Assembly (NCBI GenBank): GCA_029953675.1
Contig: JAMWBK010000003.1
Location: 558,001-622,000 of the forward strand
Origin: Rhodosorus marinus CCMP1338
Lineage: Eukaryota > Plantae > Rhodophyta
Length of the DNA stretch: 64,000 nt
Direction: 5' to 3'
Part shown: positions 22,131 to 34,473 of the stretch, in pieces
How the letters are laid out: the number at the start of each line of letters is the position of its first letter
Position numbering within the stretch: the first letter of the stretch is position 1
Program-made: the position numbers and the translations under genes
Notes under the pieces: generated by a model
What the model was told of the DNA's origin: nothing
Databases searched by the model: none
The model's input: only the letters and a program-made list of their open reading frames with translations

Positions 22131-25100
22131 ACTCCCTAAAAAAGCGCTCACTAAAGCCGTTCACGGACAGTCCGTCGGCATGAAAGCCATCCGCCAACCC
22201 TCCAAAATCCCGAACCTAACAACCCTACGATCCTTTCCGCCTAACACCCGGAACTTCCTCAGCCCCCCAACACTGCTCACCCAAATACTCACACTCAAGA
22301 TCTACACAATACCTTCCCACGACCAAATGTCCATTCGCTTGCACAATCCCAAAAGTTTTGCACGTCACCCGGAACAAATACCGAGGACGATAAGAACAAA
22401 ACAATTTAATTCCAATTCGGTTACAAAAAAAAAAGGGTTCTACTTCCCGACGTAAAAATCCCCCCGCCCTCGACTAACTTGCTCGCCCCAAAATCCTGCT
22501 CACCCGCCAACGACTTAACTTCCCCCCCTCCCCCGCTCGACAATCAGCTATCACCTACGTATGCTCTCTAAAATACTCAGCTCTGCCAAAGCTTTGCCCT
22601 CTCAACCCCTCAACCAGAACGACACTCAGGAGTGACCAACGAAACAGAAGAAAAAGAAGAAAGAGATAAAACCCGTTGACCCATTCTCTCTCCCCCCCTC
22701 CTCCCCTTCCCTCCTCTCTATTCCTCCTGAATACAAAAAAAAATAACCCATTCGCGAGCTTCCACAAAAAACCAGGTCCACTTTTGCGATCCATTCTCTC
22801 TCCCTCTTCAGTCCCGGATAGCGAGTGTATCGAACAGTTTTGAAAGGAAAACTTCCCCCCGTAAATCACTTTCTATATGTACCGACAAAAGGTTTTGGAT
22901 CCAAAATAATTAGAGAAAAATCAAAAATTTGAAAAACTTGCTGACCAAGTAAACATGTCTTTACATATTGTCCACGTGGGAGCGACTCTTCACCATCGGA
23001 CGGTGTGGAGGTGGGGGAGGGGGGGTGAAAAGTTGGTTGAAATTTTTATTGTGCGATGGACTAGGAGGAGAAAGCTGTTTTTTTTTGTTTTGGACCCTAG
23101 AAAACAAAAATTCGAGTCAATAAACTAACTCGTTTGGAAAGTAATTATTGGAGGACTTTTGGAAAAATTTCTGGACATTGAGTACCAAAAGACTCTCGAA
23201 CGGTTTCTGTTTTACAGAAGTTGGAAAATTAAACGCGAGCAATGGTTTTGCTACAACAGTCTCCCCTCATGGCCACTTGGTGCGCTATTTCTTTCACAAT
23301 ATGAAGAATATAGTGAACTAACCAGGGTGGGTGTTTTTCATATTTTTTCGGGAATAGGACGATTGCACTTCAAATGCCACCCACGCAAGCAATGGGAGGG
23401 GGAGCGGGGGGGTAGTGGATATTCGGTCGCATCATGAGCGGGGGAAGGTTCGTCATTTTGAGTAGACCAACAACGCTGGGCTAAATTGATCATCAGCAGG
23501 GGCTTGGTGGGGAAAATTCAGATGTGGTTATATTTTCTTGAATTTGAATCTTGGGGATTCTGAAAAAATTGCAACCCACGTCCGTATCTTCAGTATGCCG
23601 ACAGATGGACGTGGAACATGACCTCGCCCTTGACTCTGGGGACTCCAATAATGTTGAATTTGAAACAATTTGTCCATTCGACGGAACTGGGGGAGGGTAC
23701 AACACGTTGCTTTTGGGTTTTTTTATTTTCATGATAGGTTCGTGGAATGCTCATGGCATTTTGATATGACGTACTCTTCCGGGTAGGATACTGACATAAG
23801 AGGGACGAAACTGCACATAAATTTAGCAAAACTCAAGAAATTAGCCAGTAACACGCACGCTGATATAGGGGTGGCTGACATATGCTCCCCGGGGGGGTCT
23901 TTGCGACCATATGCATCTTTGGGTTTTGTTTTTTGTTAAATAAAATTCCCTCGTAGAGCAGAACAACACTCCTCTCAAGAAAAAAATTGCTCGGTCCGGT
24001 TGAGCTTCTTTTTTCGAAACCCCAGCTTCCCCCCTAGCTAATAATCTGAATATTTTATTGCGTATAAATGAAAACTGAAGTGCGACATACGACAGGAACG
24101 TAATGCTTTGTCTGCTTCTGATAGATTCTATTTCCCGTGAAGTTGACTAATTTGTTTTGCGAATTCAACGGAAATCCAATAACGGCCGGTTTTTTTTCCC
24201 CAATAAGAGGCACGACTCATGCCAACTACAAGCTCCATCTTTTATGCATCTTATCTTGTATTCCACCTCATGGTCTAGAATATACAAAAAAAATCCAATC
24301 ACAATTTTGCCCTGGTTGTTCTTGTTTGCTTAGCGTGGAGGCGGAGGAGGACAGATCGGAGAATTCGATGACCTGTTTGCATTTCATTTGAAGACCAGGC
24401 AATGAATTAGATAGAAAAGTTAAGGGGAGGCGTGGAAGTGTGTGAAATAGTGAAAGATAATATCTAATCTAGTATAAAAAGAGCGCGCAGCCTTTTTCTT
24501 TTTTTTGCAAGGGGGCCAGTCCCACCTCCTCCAAGAATTGAGGAAAAAAATATTTATATATGAATGGTTTTGTGAGCTCGCATTTTTCGAGGCACTTGAA
24601 TAGAGGGAGCCGGATGACATTGATTGCTATTCTTGCACAAGAAGGTGGGGGGGGGGGATGGCGAAACAACCAGTGCTTCCAAGCTTTTGTAAGCCACCGA
24701 ATTAGAAAAGAAAATGATTCAAGACTTCCGAAATAGACGCGATCGATTTTCCAATTGGTCGATCAATATACAAGTACATTTATCCAAGCGGTGAGAGCTG
24801 GGCTGAAGTTTCCGTGCGCAGTGTGGTTTGCGGTTAGTCCAAAGAGGGCACTGGGCAATCTGACGTCCTCATATAATATTTCTTCAAGGGTAAAAGGACG
24901 GAACTTTTGCATGTAAAAGAGCTGGTTCAACCAGACCGCCCCGCTGAGTAGAAAGAATCCATCCGATCTCTACTCCCACAACTGTAGGTCTCTTGCTCCT
25001 TCACGCCTTCATCTTGTGCTAAGAGGAGAGTGCGCTTCCCATGCTGCCAAAGCGATTGGAACTTTCTAGGAACGGGAAGAGGATCAGCTTATGGCCTACG

Positions 25101-26982
25101 TCAGCTTGAAGAGCGGGAAATCCTTTATAGGATCCGGGAAATGCCTTGCACTATATGTGTACCTAGATGGCTCTCGCCTTGTTCATCATCATCTGGTATG
25201 TTTCTGTTTCAAGTCAGAAAGTCCGGGAAGCATCCCCTGTATTGTAGTAGCATTGAATCACAACTCCGCACACCCGTACTTGTCATAAACAGCTAAAACG
25301 TACAGACAGGTATTTCCCCCGCGGGAGAATTTGATTGGCGAATACGTATTCTTGGAAATTTGCTCCCCCCAACCTTTTTAAAAAAAACCTCTATTTTTCC
25401 AATCGGAATATTGTAAAATGTGGAACTTCATCGGACTACTTTTCTTTTTCACAAATGCGGTGGTTCTGTTTTGCGTTGTTTTCAGCCATATAATTCTCTC
25501 AGAACTAAGACTCACACACGAAAACCCTTTCGTCCCAATTGAATAAAATCTTCATATTTGGGTTATTATATTTGATCCTCCATCCAGTGTGCCTTTTTTG
25601 CAAATATAACATTGGTATTTTTGCCGCATTCGTCGGATTAAAGAGCCGCTTCTCTCATCTGGTTGTGGCTGTCCCCCGCATTTCTGCGGGGTCGATGGCT
25701 CTTAAGATATACGATGATTGGTAAATAAAAATCAGCTCGAATCGTATCCTCAGTTTTTTGCGCTTTCCTCAAAATGGCTCCCAACAGAACGAAACCGTGT
25801 CCGAAGAAAATAGTTTCGGGCAGAGATGCATGTTTCTGGACAACAAAGGTCAGTCTGTGTTGCGAACAAGGAAAAATTGACCAGGGTCTCCACCCCCGGT
25901 AGCTGTCCACACACCACACATGCTACATATTATATTGGTGTGTTTTTGTCGGGTTTTGTTTCTGCTTTTTGCCTTCTAGTATCCTGCCCGAATGTCACGC
26001 CAAGTAACTTACAGGATGGTTGACTCCAACAAATGAGTTCAGAAGGCCTGCGATACGTCGTCCTCCCTCTGCGAGACACAATACAATCAATCGCAGATTG
26101 CTCGTACAGGTAATGGGTCCGCCATCGGTGTCGAGGAGGGGAAAATTCATGAGGTTCTCGCGGATAAGTCTTCATCGGACTGAATTATCCAATGTATCAA
26201 AGCCTTGGATAAGAAACCCTGCAAAGGTTCTGTGCCTTGTACAATTTCTTTGGAAGTGCGGCTTGTACAGCGATCTCCATATTCTGCTGCTTCAAGCTTT
26301 GTACTGTTTCAGATGCTTAGTAGAACATTGTGCGGACGACTAATGGCCCCATCGCTACCTCCGTACAGCTCTCGAGATTCTAGATAAGTAATCACCCACT
26401 CTCTCTCCCGATCCCTCCCGCTAGGTAGTTCATGACACAAGTGTAGCGGCCTTAATACAACTTGAAATGAGTCGTGGGCACCACTCCCCGACAGAAGAAA
26501 CACCGGCAAAAAACAATTTGTCGGATTTCGGAGCTGTACTCTGATTTTGAAGCATTTGCTGGGATCGTGTCAAAAATATATATAATTTCTGTTTTTTGTA
26601 TATCGCACTCCCAATAACAAACACACACACACCCCCACCCCCTTGTCTCCCCTTTCACGTTCATTGCTAGCGAATCAAAGCAAAAGGAGGTTTCTGAGTA
26701 ATTCCGGTATCCATGAATTTCGATAGAATATCTCGCAACTCTGGGAAATAAACCAACATTCAAAAACTGTATTAAAAATCAAAATATCATCTGTTGCAAT
26801 ACAACATCGAAGGCAAAACAGAAATATTTCTGTTTTTCACTTATCTTGTTGTGCTGTTTCGGATACTCAACTCGCTGTATCGAATCATTTGGCTTAACGC
26901 ACCCCCTCCCCCCTCCCCTCCTTCTCTTCCAAAATAGCAAATCAGAAATGATCATTTTCAGCATCTTAGATAAGGCGGGGTT

Positions 26983-27235
26983 GGGGTGGCCCTTGCCGTT
27001 GGGAAACTGGTAGCAAGAAGACCATCAACAAAACTACGAGGCTCTTTAGGTCGGGCTCCAAACTGATGACGTCATAGACGGGGTGGCCATAGCCGTTCGG
27101 AAATTGGTATCAAGAAGACCATCGATTGGGTGTGGTTTGGTGTTCGGTTGGACACCAAACTGATGACGTCAAGCTTGTCATAGACCTGGGGTGTGCCCCT
27201 GACGATTGGGAAGTTGGTTCACAAAAAGGCCATCA
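26983..27235. repeat. Degenerate tandem repeat, 3 units of ~97-108 bp
   Basis: GGGGTG(G/TG)CC...G(A/G)AA.TGGT..CAAGAAGACCATC at 26983, 27080 and 27188; CCAAACTGATGACGTCA at 27058 and 27155. Confidence 0.85.
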
Positions 27236-27286
27236 ACTGCAAACGCCAGTTTGACCTTCAAAAGTTCAAAAAAGAGATGATTTTGC

Positions 27287-27520
27287 TACCCCATAAAATC
27301 GCCTTTGTGTATGTCAACCTGCCGTTCGCTTCTACTACTCTACCACTACCCGGTAGCGTCCGCTAGCCAAGCTCGATTTGCCTTTCTTGGCTATGAAGTG
27401 GCGCTTCACTCGGTAGCTGGCGAAAGAGAGAAAGCACCGTAACCGTAAGCTTTACCCCATAAAATCCCCTTTGTGTATGTCAACCTTCTGCTAGCTTCTG
27501 CTACTCTTCCACTACACACC
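27287..27520. repeat. Direct repeat, 2 x ~65 bp, period 166
   Basis: TACCCCATAAAATC(G/C)CCTTTGTGTATGTCAACCT...GCTTCT.CTACTCT.CCACTAC at 27287 and 27453. Confidence 0.9.
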
Positions 27521-27899
27521 ATAGACACCATATGCTCGTCTTCGTTTCTTGGCGCCTCACTTTTTTGTTCAAACATGATTATTACTGAAAACTAGGGTGG
27601 GACAGCATCTCGCCACATGAAACTATCAGCATTCATTATGCAGCCTACAAAGTATTGATTGCAATCAGTCTATTTCTCTATCTTTCGATTGAAAATTTGT
27701 TGATGAGTGTCCACACGAGCGCGATACTGAAAGCCGAATTGAATGGCTGGGGATTTCGGCTGAGAATGGATGTTGGCTCTTGGGGGATGTAGTAGATAAG
27801 CTTGCTGAGCATCCTACTGAATATTTGGCGCTCTTGAGGCGTTTAAGTGTCTCCCTTTGGCGATATTCCAGCGACATGCTTTCCGAGGCGCGCCATCGG

Positions 27900-28300
27900 C
27901 GCCTGGGGTTGCATACTTCCCTCCCTAGTTATTAGTTCATCTTCACGCCTTGCGTAGCGCTTCAGGCTATGCTAGTAAAGTCCAGATAAGGTAGTAACAC
28001 GGCTTCTCTTTCCATTTTCGGTGAAATTTTCGGCTCCGTACGCAGCCGCACGAAAATTGTAGAGTTTAGAGCTACCTGTGAGAGGTCGTGCCAGGCCATG
28101 ATCAGGTCCTTGATGGGAGGGTCCGTAGCCACTTGAACGTACTACAGTCCTGATTTGGAGGATCCCACTGCCGCACTGATTCAACAGTTGCGTTGGATGA
28201 GTGAGTCGAATCCAATACAGAGCTGCGGTAATCAATAGCGATGTTCCCATAACTCGCCAATAGGTTGAGAGCGTCAGTGGAAAATGAGCACACTATGAGA
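27900..28300 (-). mobile_element. Decayed reverse-transcriptase fragment of a non-LTR retrotransposon (CRE-like)
   Basis: The minus-strand translation LASYGNIAIDYRSS...TVESVRQWDP resembles the RT motif YG...S..GVRQGDP. It is followed by stops and frameshifts. Confidence 0.45.
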
Positions 28301-28439
28301 GGTTAGAAGATTCGCGCGTATTGTAGCCCTGTTGACGGGGTTCTATACGTTAGGCTGATGATCACTCTCTAGTAGCGGTAGGAGTGCTGAGTTTTCCTTT
28401 TGCGAGAGCTTGCGGGATTAACTCAGTGGGAACGCCCTG

Positions 28440-28550
28440 TGGACTACCAGAAGGCCGCTACGAATGAGACCACCATGCAGTCGGCTGTTTCACACCAGTT
28501 CGTTCCTCTAGTTATCGAGGTCTTCAACTTCACTGAGGGTTGAGCCGCGA
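28440..28550 (+). mobile_element. Remnant of restriction-like endonuclease (RLE) C-terminus, copy A
   Basis: Translates SAVSHQFVPLVIEVFNFTE, and the DNA aligns by eye with 29265-29365. Confidence 0.6.
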
Positions 28551-29264
28551 CATGGCTTCGGCACTGAGATTAATTCGTGTTTCCTCTCTTCGTTGAGTAT
28601 TATACTGTGGCACGTTCGTGTCCCGCTTAGATTTCGAGGCCCGTTGTCGGTTTAGCCTAGCCTTCTTCCTCTCAGCGTGTTCTCCCTGAACAACGTTGTT
28701 GTTATGGATTAACTGTCTTACTGCCGTCCGAACGAGCAGCCCTTTGTTTTGTTCCGGAGGACAAGCACGCCGTGCTGTCCGACCTCGACAGTGATTCTGC
28801 TAAAACAGAATTCTCAACGAAGTGTTTTGTTTTTGCTCAGCCAGTGAGCTGGAGTAAAGAAACATTTCTCATGAGTACGTCGTTAACCCCGAAATCCATC
28901 TCACGGTCACGAAGCTCGTTGCTTCAGCCCCGTAAATCCATAGAGACATTGGGGTACTACTCCTTGCAGTACCAAATCCCACCCATATGGAGAATGCGAG
29001 AGAGCTAAACAGGCCAGGGAAAGGGAGTTTTGGGCAAGTAAGAGACTAAATCCTGGATGAGCGTCGAAGGCTTGCTCATCTCGTGGAGGACGGCGCGGAC
29101 GGTTCGCATGTTAATTTGACTCTTTTCCTGCCCTCTTGCCCAGCGCTATTTCTTGTTTTCGAGTTGGGACCGTGGTGCCGCTGCTCGAATCATGCTCCGC
29201 CACAAGACGGTTGTATCCGGAACTAAATGGCGCTAAGGGTAGCACACACAAGTAGAAAAGATAA

Positions 29265-29365
29265 GGAGGCGCTCACGAATGTAATCACCTGCAATCGGCT
29301 GCCCCACACCGGTTTGTCCAGCTAGTCACAGAGGTATTCTGGTTCGATGAGAGTTCACGGGCGGC
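29265..29365 (+). mobile_element. Remnant of RLE C-terminus, copy B
   Basis: Translates SAAPHRFVQLVTEVFWFDE and is a degenerate direct repeat of 28448-28550. Confidence 0.6.
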
Positions 29366-29769
29366 TTGCGTTTTGAGAATTTTTTCTCGAGCACTTGCGT
29401 GTTGGCTCTTTTCTTTAAGTTTATGCTCAGGCGTTCCAACGCCGCCTTATTTTTGGAGATCCGTTCCCTCCGGTTTTGGGTAGTTTCCCTGGTTTCAGGT
29501 TGTTGTCTGTAACTAAACGAGGATGGATTTGATGCTAAGATGTGAGGACGCAATGAACACAACAGATGCCGAGGATTGCAGGAGAGCTGCCGCAGGGGAC
29601 CTCTGGTGGTTGAGATCGAACAACGCGTGGGACCTTGAAGGAAATCGTACCCAAGGGGAAGGAAATCCTGTAACTGTACCGTTTATTGGGCAGCTGCCTA
29701 AGGCAGTGCAACACTAATTCTATCACTATCTAGGGAAAAGTATGGCCTTAATCCCGCACCCTGGGTCTC

Positions 29770-30600
29770 TAGCTACGATGAAAAGAAAAACGCGGAATCA
29801 GCGGCTGATCCACACGGAGAGCTGCTCGTGCAAGCTCTGCGTTCCCTTCCCAAAGCGTCCTGTTTCTCTGAGAGCGCACGTTGCTCAGCTCCTCGATCTT
29901 TGTCAGCGTATGACTGCATACTTCGCGAAGAATCTTCTGCGTTATCTCTCCCGTCCGTCCAAATATCTCGATCGCAGTCGGTATGAATGTATCGTCCGGA
30001 TGCTCAATTGCAATTGCCTCCTTGTAATGTGCGAGTTTCCAGCGCTCCGCATCCTTGGCTGCAAAGTTTCTCGGCTCCTTGGAAGGTGTCTGGTCTGCAG
30101 TGGCGACACCACAGTCACATCGGTTTCGAATCTCTGCCACGTTCTTTGGTGGGTGGCCACCAGGTCCGGCCTCAGGTTGTAGTTTTCGAAGTATTCTGTT
30201 TGGTTCCTGCTTGACCTCCCGCAATTGTCATCGGTTCAGCCACCGCGCTACCTCTGTACATTTCGCACTTCCAAGGCTGAGAAGAGCCTTGGACAGGTCG
30301 GTCCAGATATTCGAAGCGAAGATCGTGGCGAAGGTGCTGAAGTCGACTAGAAGGGTGAAAACGGACCTCCACTGGTGATACGAAGTCCTGGGAATCCTGC
30401 ACCCCTTCCAACGAACTTTGGAGCATACGGAACTTCTCATCGTCTTCCTCGTTCAGCTTTTCCATGGCTTGTCCCAGCGTTATTTTCGCCACAGTCTTTG
30501 GTTGCCATTGCCGTCTGGCTTCCACATCCAAGTACGCAAAAAGCCCCTCCTCCAGGCCTTCCCACTAAGCCACTCCGCTGCATAGGTGTTACGTTAGTCC
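29770..30600 (-). mobile_element. Frameshifted 3' end of an RLE-type (CRE-like) non-LTR retrotransposon
   Basis: Across two frameshifts it reads EVKQEP / NLRPDLVA...ETDVTVVSP / AAKDAERWKLAHYK...FIPTAIEIFGRTG, the E-P..R-P-D..D-V..AE..K..KY..F.P.A.E..G pattern of RLE domains. Confidence 0.75.
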
Positions 30601-33600
30601 CTGGTTAGGAATCGAGCGCTGTAGGCAACCGTAGGTGGCTCGAAATAATTCGAGTTCGCTGACAGGCCGGCGTCTTCTGTGGACATAGGAGAGTGGCCTG
30701 GGGAAGTCATGAAGCTGGGAAGCTTTTCACCTCTGGTCAACCCAACAGAAAAATCTGTCCTTCCTTTCCTTTATTTAGAAATACCGGACTGCCGAGCACT
30801 TCGAAGAAGCTTTTCTATAACCCAAAACAAATGAACTACCAGATTTGCCGTATTTTCTTCTAAATCTTGGTTCGGATTGACTAAAAGGAAACGCTGCCGG
30901 TTTTCAAAGCCTATTTGTTCTTCAAAAAACCGTAAAAAACGTGGATCTGGGATTTGGAGGTATTTCATGGATTATCTCAAATTGCTAATGGTGTATCACC
31001 ACGCGTCCTTCCGTTCAGATGCCCAGATTTCTAATTTTTTTGAAGACAAGCAATAGAATGAATATTTTGAAAATATTTATTATCCTTGCTGAGTTCGTTC
31101 ACCTTTTTTCTTTTTTTGCCGATGTTTCTTGGATCTTCGGTTTTTTACCACAGGAATTCTGCCATGTGTTATTTATAAGTCTATTTGACCAATCATATTA
31201 TTCGAATTCTTGGTCTCTCTCGAAGGGGTGACGAAGTTGTGTGTGGGCTTGAGAGTTGTGAGGGTGATGTACTTCTTTGGTGCACGGCGGGGGGGGAGGG
31301 AGAGGGAAGTTGTATGTACGAAGTACCACTTGACTGGAGTTCTGGAAAGTAGAAGTTGCGGGGATCTCTTCTTACTGGGTGGGAGGGTGACTACCGTGGC
31401 GGTTTCCAGCACGCTGAGGACTAAGGTTGTCTTCTCCGCACGGAGGGTGTTTTTACGAACTACCGCACGCAGATCGGTCGCTCCGATCAGTTTCGTAAAT
31501 ATCTCTCCGGAACGACAGCGAGGATATGTTGGGGTAGTTTTTTCTTGTGCTTGGAAGAATTAGCCACCGGGTTCTGATTTTAAGTGGTGTTCTATGAATT
31601 CGAGACCGCTTGGGATGAGGAAGGGGTGGGTGTGTGAGAGACTATCCTATGCAGTTGTCTCTGAGCGGATGACGAGACCGTTGAGGTGAAGGATTTCGCG
31701 GACATACCTCAGGTTTTCTGGGCCGGGTGACTTCCGATAGATAGAGCGAAGCAGTACATAACATTCACATCAATTTCAGTAGGTGGCGGGATTTTCACGT
31801 ATTACTACTTGAAATTTGGCGTCTGTGGCAACACGTCCTGGAAAAGATGTGATTTCTCCCCAGCGCGACCATACACCGACGGTTCAAGTGAGAAAAAATT
31901 AGACTTAAAAAGCTTGCGAAAGAGGATACTAGGGGCTCGTGCTGTCTAAATTCAGGATTTGTGGGACGGCGACAAGAGCCATACTTTCATACGGTGGCGA
32001 CCTATAAATCCAGAACGGAGGAATCCCGACTTGCTAATCCCATCGCAAAACGTTACATGTGGTCGTGCCAGCAACCACGCAATAACCCAAGTTGCAATTA
32101 TCAACCGAAACTGCGGTTAAGAAGCTAAAATCATCATTATTTTTCTACTCCGCGGGAGATTTCAAATTCCCACCGAAACGCTGCAGGCTTGCTAGATGCA
32201 GCAGTTGCTTCCGAAAGCAATCAAGCACCAAAAACGACCAAAACAACAAATCATGTGGCCTCGCGATGGACACTGAACGGGTCTTGCTTGGACCAATTCA
32301 ACCACTCCTGCGCGCAACACCCCCAGATCCAGACGGGAGTCCAGTGAGGCAAGCAAACAAAAAAGTAGACTTCAACGCTGCTGAACATTAACAGTCCTTT
32401 GCCCAGATCATCGCAAAACCACTTCCCAACCCCCTCTACCTATTTTTACAGCTTCCCAGGCACCCACCCACTTCAATAAATCATAGTCCGCGACTGGTGC
32501 TAGTTTTTCATTCATATTCATTGGTGGAATCTCCCATCTTGAATATCAAAAATAATAATAATAACCATAAAACAGTCAGAAAACGAGGAATTCATCCCAT
32601 CGTGCCCAATCAATCGAGCCCTCAACCAATTCTTCAATTCAACGGCTGCCTATCTTTTTTATTTAGAAAATACAACAACATAATATCAAAACGTACATAC
32701 AGAATCAGCCCCGTTTTTCCCCCCCTTCAACCCCCTCCCCCTAGAAGAAATTCAACGAATTTTTTTTCCGAAGCGATCAGAAAATGCCCCCTGGATATAT
32801 TTTAAAGGATTATTGGAAACAAAGAAAAACATGTTCGCGAAAATATGGTTTGTAAAGTAGAAGAAGAGGGGGGGAAGATAGAGGGGGTAGAAAAAAGAAA
32901 AGAAATCCGTTGGATCCGAAAGGGAAAAACACGAAATTAAAGAATTCTGAAGTCAATCATTATAAGGAAAATAAGAGGTAAAGTTCTTTTTTTGTTTTTT
33001 TGTTTTTTCTTAGGAGACTCAGCCCCCTGTTTCCGATCTATAAATATATAACAAAAAAAATTGCGTCATGAGACGATTTCTACCAACCTGAACTTCCGTT
33101 TAGAATAAGACTATAAATGTTTGTTATTATTTTTGTTTAAATTGTAGGTAGCCAATAAGGTGACATGGTTTTATAGCTGCGTTGCGAGGGGGTTGGAAAG
33201 GTGGGTGGTTGGTTGGTGGTCATGGGGTGCATACTACACCTCACCGTGACGATTTCGTTTCAAGAGGGTTGTGAAAGTAATTTTCGACCACCCTCGGTTT
33301 TCCTTTTTCGTAACCTCCCCCTTCCCCCTCCCCCCCTCTCTGGCCTATTCGCTTTGCTTGGCCTTGGGGTAGGGAGCGGGCTGCGTCTCTGTTGTGGATT
33401 GACGAAATTCCTCGGGTGCCATTGCCAGGTGGGATATTGGCACCTTTTTTAGAGCGTGCAAATCTAGGCGTTAGCAGTTTACGGTTTCGGGTTGTGAGGC
33501 GGATTCTCCTCTTCATCGCGATCCGAACGGGTTCGGACACAATTTTTTTTTTTTTTGAGTGCATAGTTGTTTCTTGCAAGCCGAATGAATCGTCATTAAG

Positions 33601-33744
33601 CAGGTTGTGCAAAACAACCAGCTCTTGTTATAGGGATCAAGTTCGTTTCGGGTAGGTTTTTACTTATGGTATTACAATTCACTCAAAACCACAAACTGGG
33701 AGAGTGAGCTTTCGCGGTGACTTGAGTCCGCACACAAAATTTTT

Positions 33745-34473
33745 TCAAGGAGGATTCATCTTCAATGCGCTCCCTTTTTCCGATCGACTCGGGTTGTGGA
33801 ACTTATTTACGTGGTAGGTCATCGAGGACCTCCATTTGCACCGAAAATCGCAATATTGACATTGGTGCTGCTTCAAGTCAGTATGTGCAATGTTATGAAT
33901 CTTGAGCAAGTATGGATACCTCACTCGTTTGCCACATACTTTGCACGTTCGGTCGTCCACCGACCCAGTCGTGGGTGACTCTGGAGTATTTACGCTTGCG
34001 GACGCCATCGGTGGCGTGGAAGGGAAATTCTCAAGGTTGTCAAGATTCAATCCTTCGCCTTCATCGGATTGCATTATCAACGTATCAAATCCTTGGACAT
34101 GAAAATCTGCATCCATTGGCTTCTGTTCCTGTTCCTGAGCCAGTTCCTCTACCACTGTCTTCTCTTCCTGTACACCCTGTGAGACGTCCAACATGCTACT
34201 GTCGTCCACAGCTACCAGGGCTGAGTCCAGTTGTACATCCTTCGGTTCCACTTCGGCTGGGAAGCTTGGAGCCATTTCTACCACTCTGGGTTCGTTCTCA
34301 CCAACGCGGGGGGATTCCAGCCCTGCAACAGATTGTAAAACCTCATCCAAAACTTGCATGAATTCTCTCTCACCAATGCTTCGGCTAGATGTAGCTCCGT
34401 CGGGTTTATTCTGCAAGGGACCCCCATCACCCTCAGAGCTCATAACGTAATCCGCAAGATCAAGCGACAACAT
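33745..34473 (-). CDS. C2H2 zinc-finger transcription factor (2 fingers, C-terminal; acidic N-terminus), intronless
   Basis: CKVCGKRVRYPYLLKIHNIAHTDLKQHQCQYCDFRCKWRSSMTYHVNKFH; ATG at 34473. Confidence 0.88.
   Translation of the reverse strand: MLSLDLADYVMSSEGDGGPLQNKPDGATSSRSIGEREFMQVLDEVLQSVAGLESPRVGENEPRVVEMAPSFPAEVEPKDVQLDSALVAVDDSSMLDVSQGVQEEKTVVEELAQEQEQKPMDADFHVQGFDTLIMQSDEGEGLNLDNLENFPSTPPMASASVNTPESPTTGSVDDRTCKVCGKRVRYPYLLKIHNIAHTDLKQHQCQYCDFRCKWRSSMTYHVNKFHNPSRSEKGSALKMNPP

Noticed and set aside
25600-26400. Possible DDE transposase remnant (WCVDSYRG)
   Set aside because: It is a single short motif with no other catalytic motifs and no terminal inverted repeats seen.
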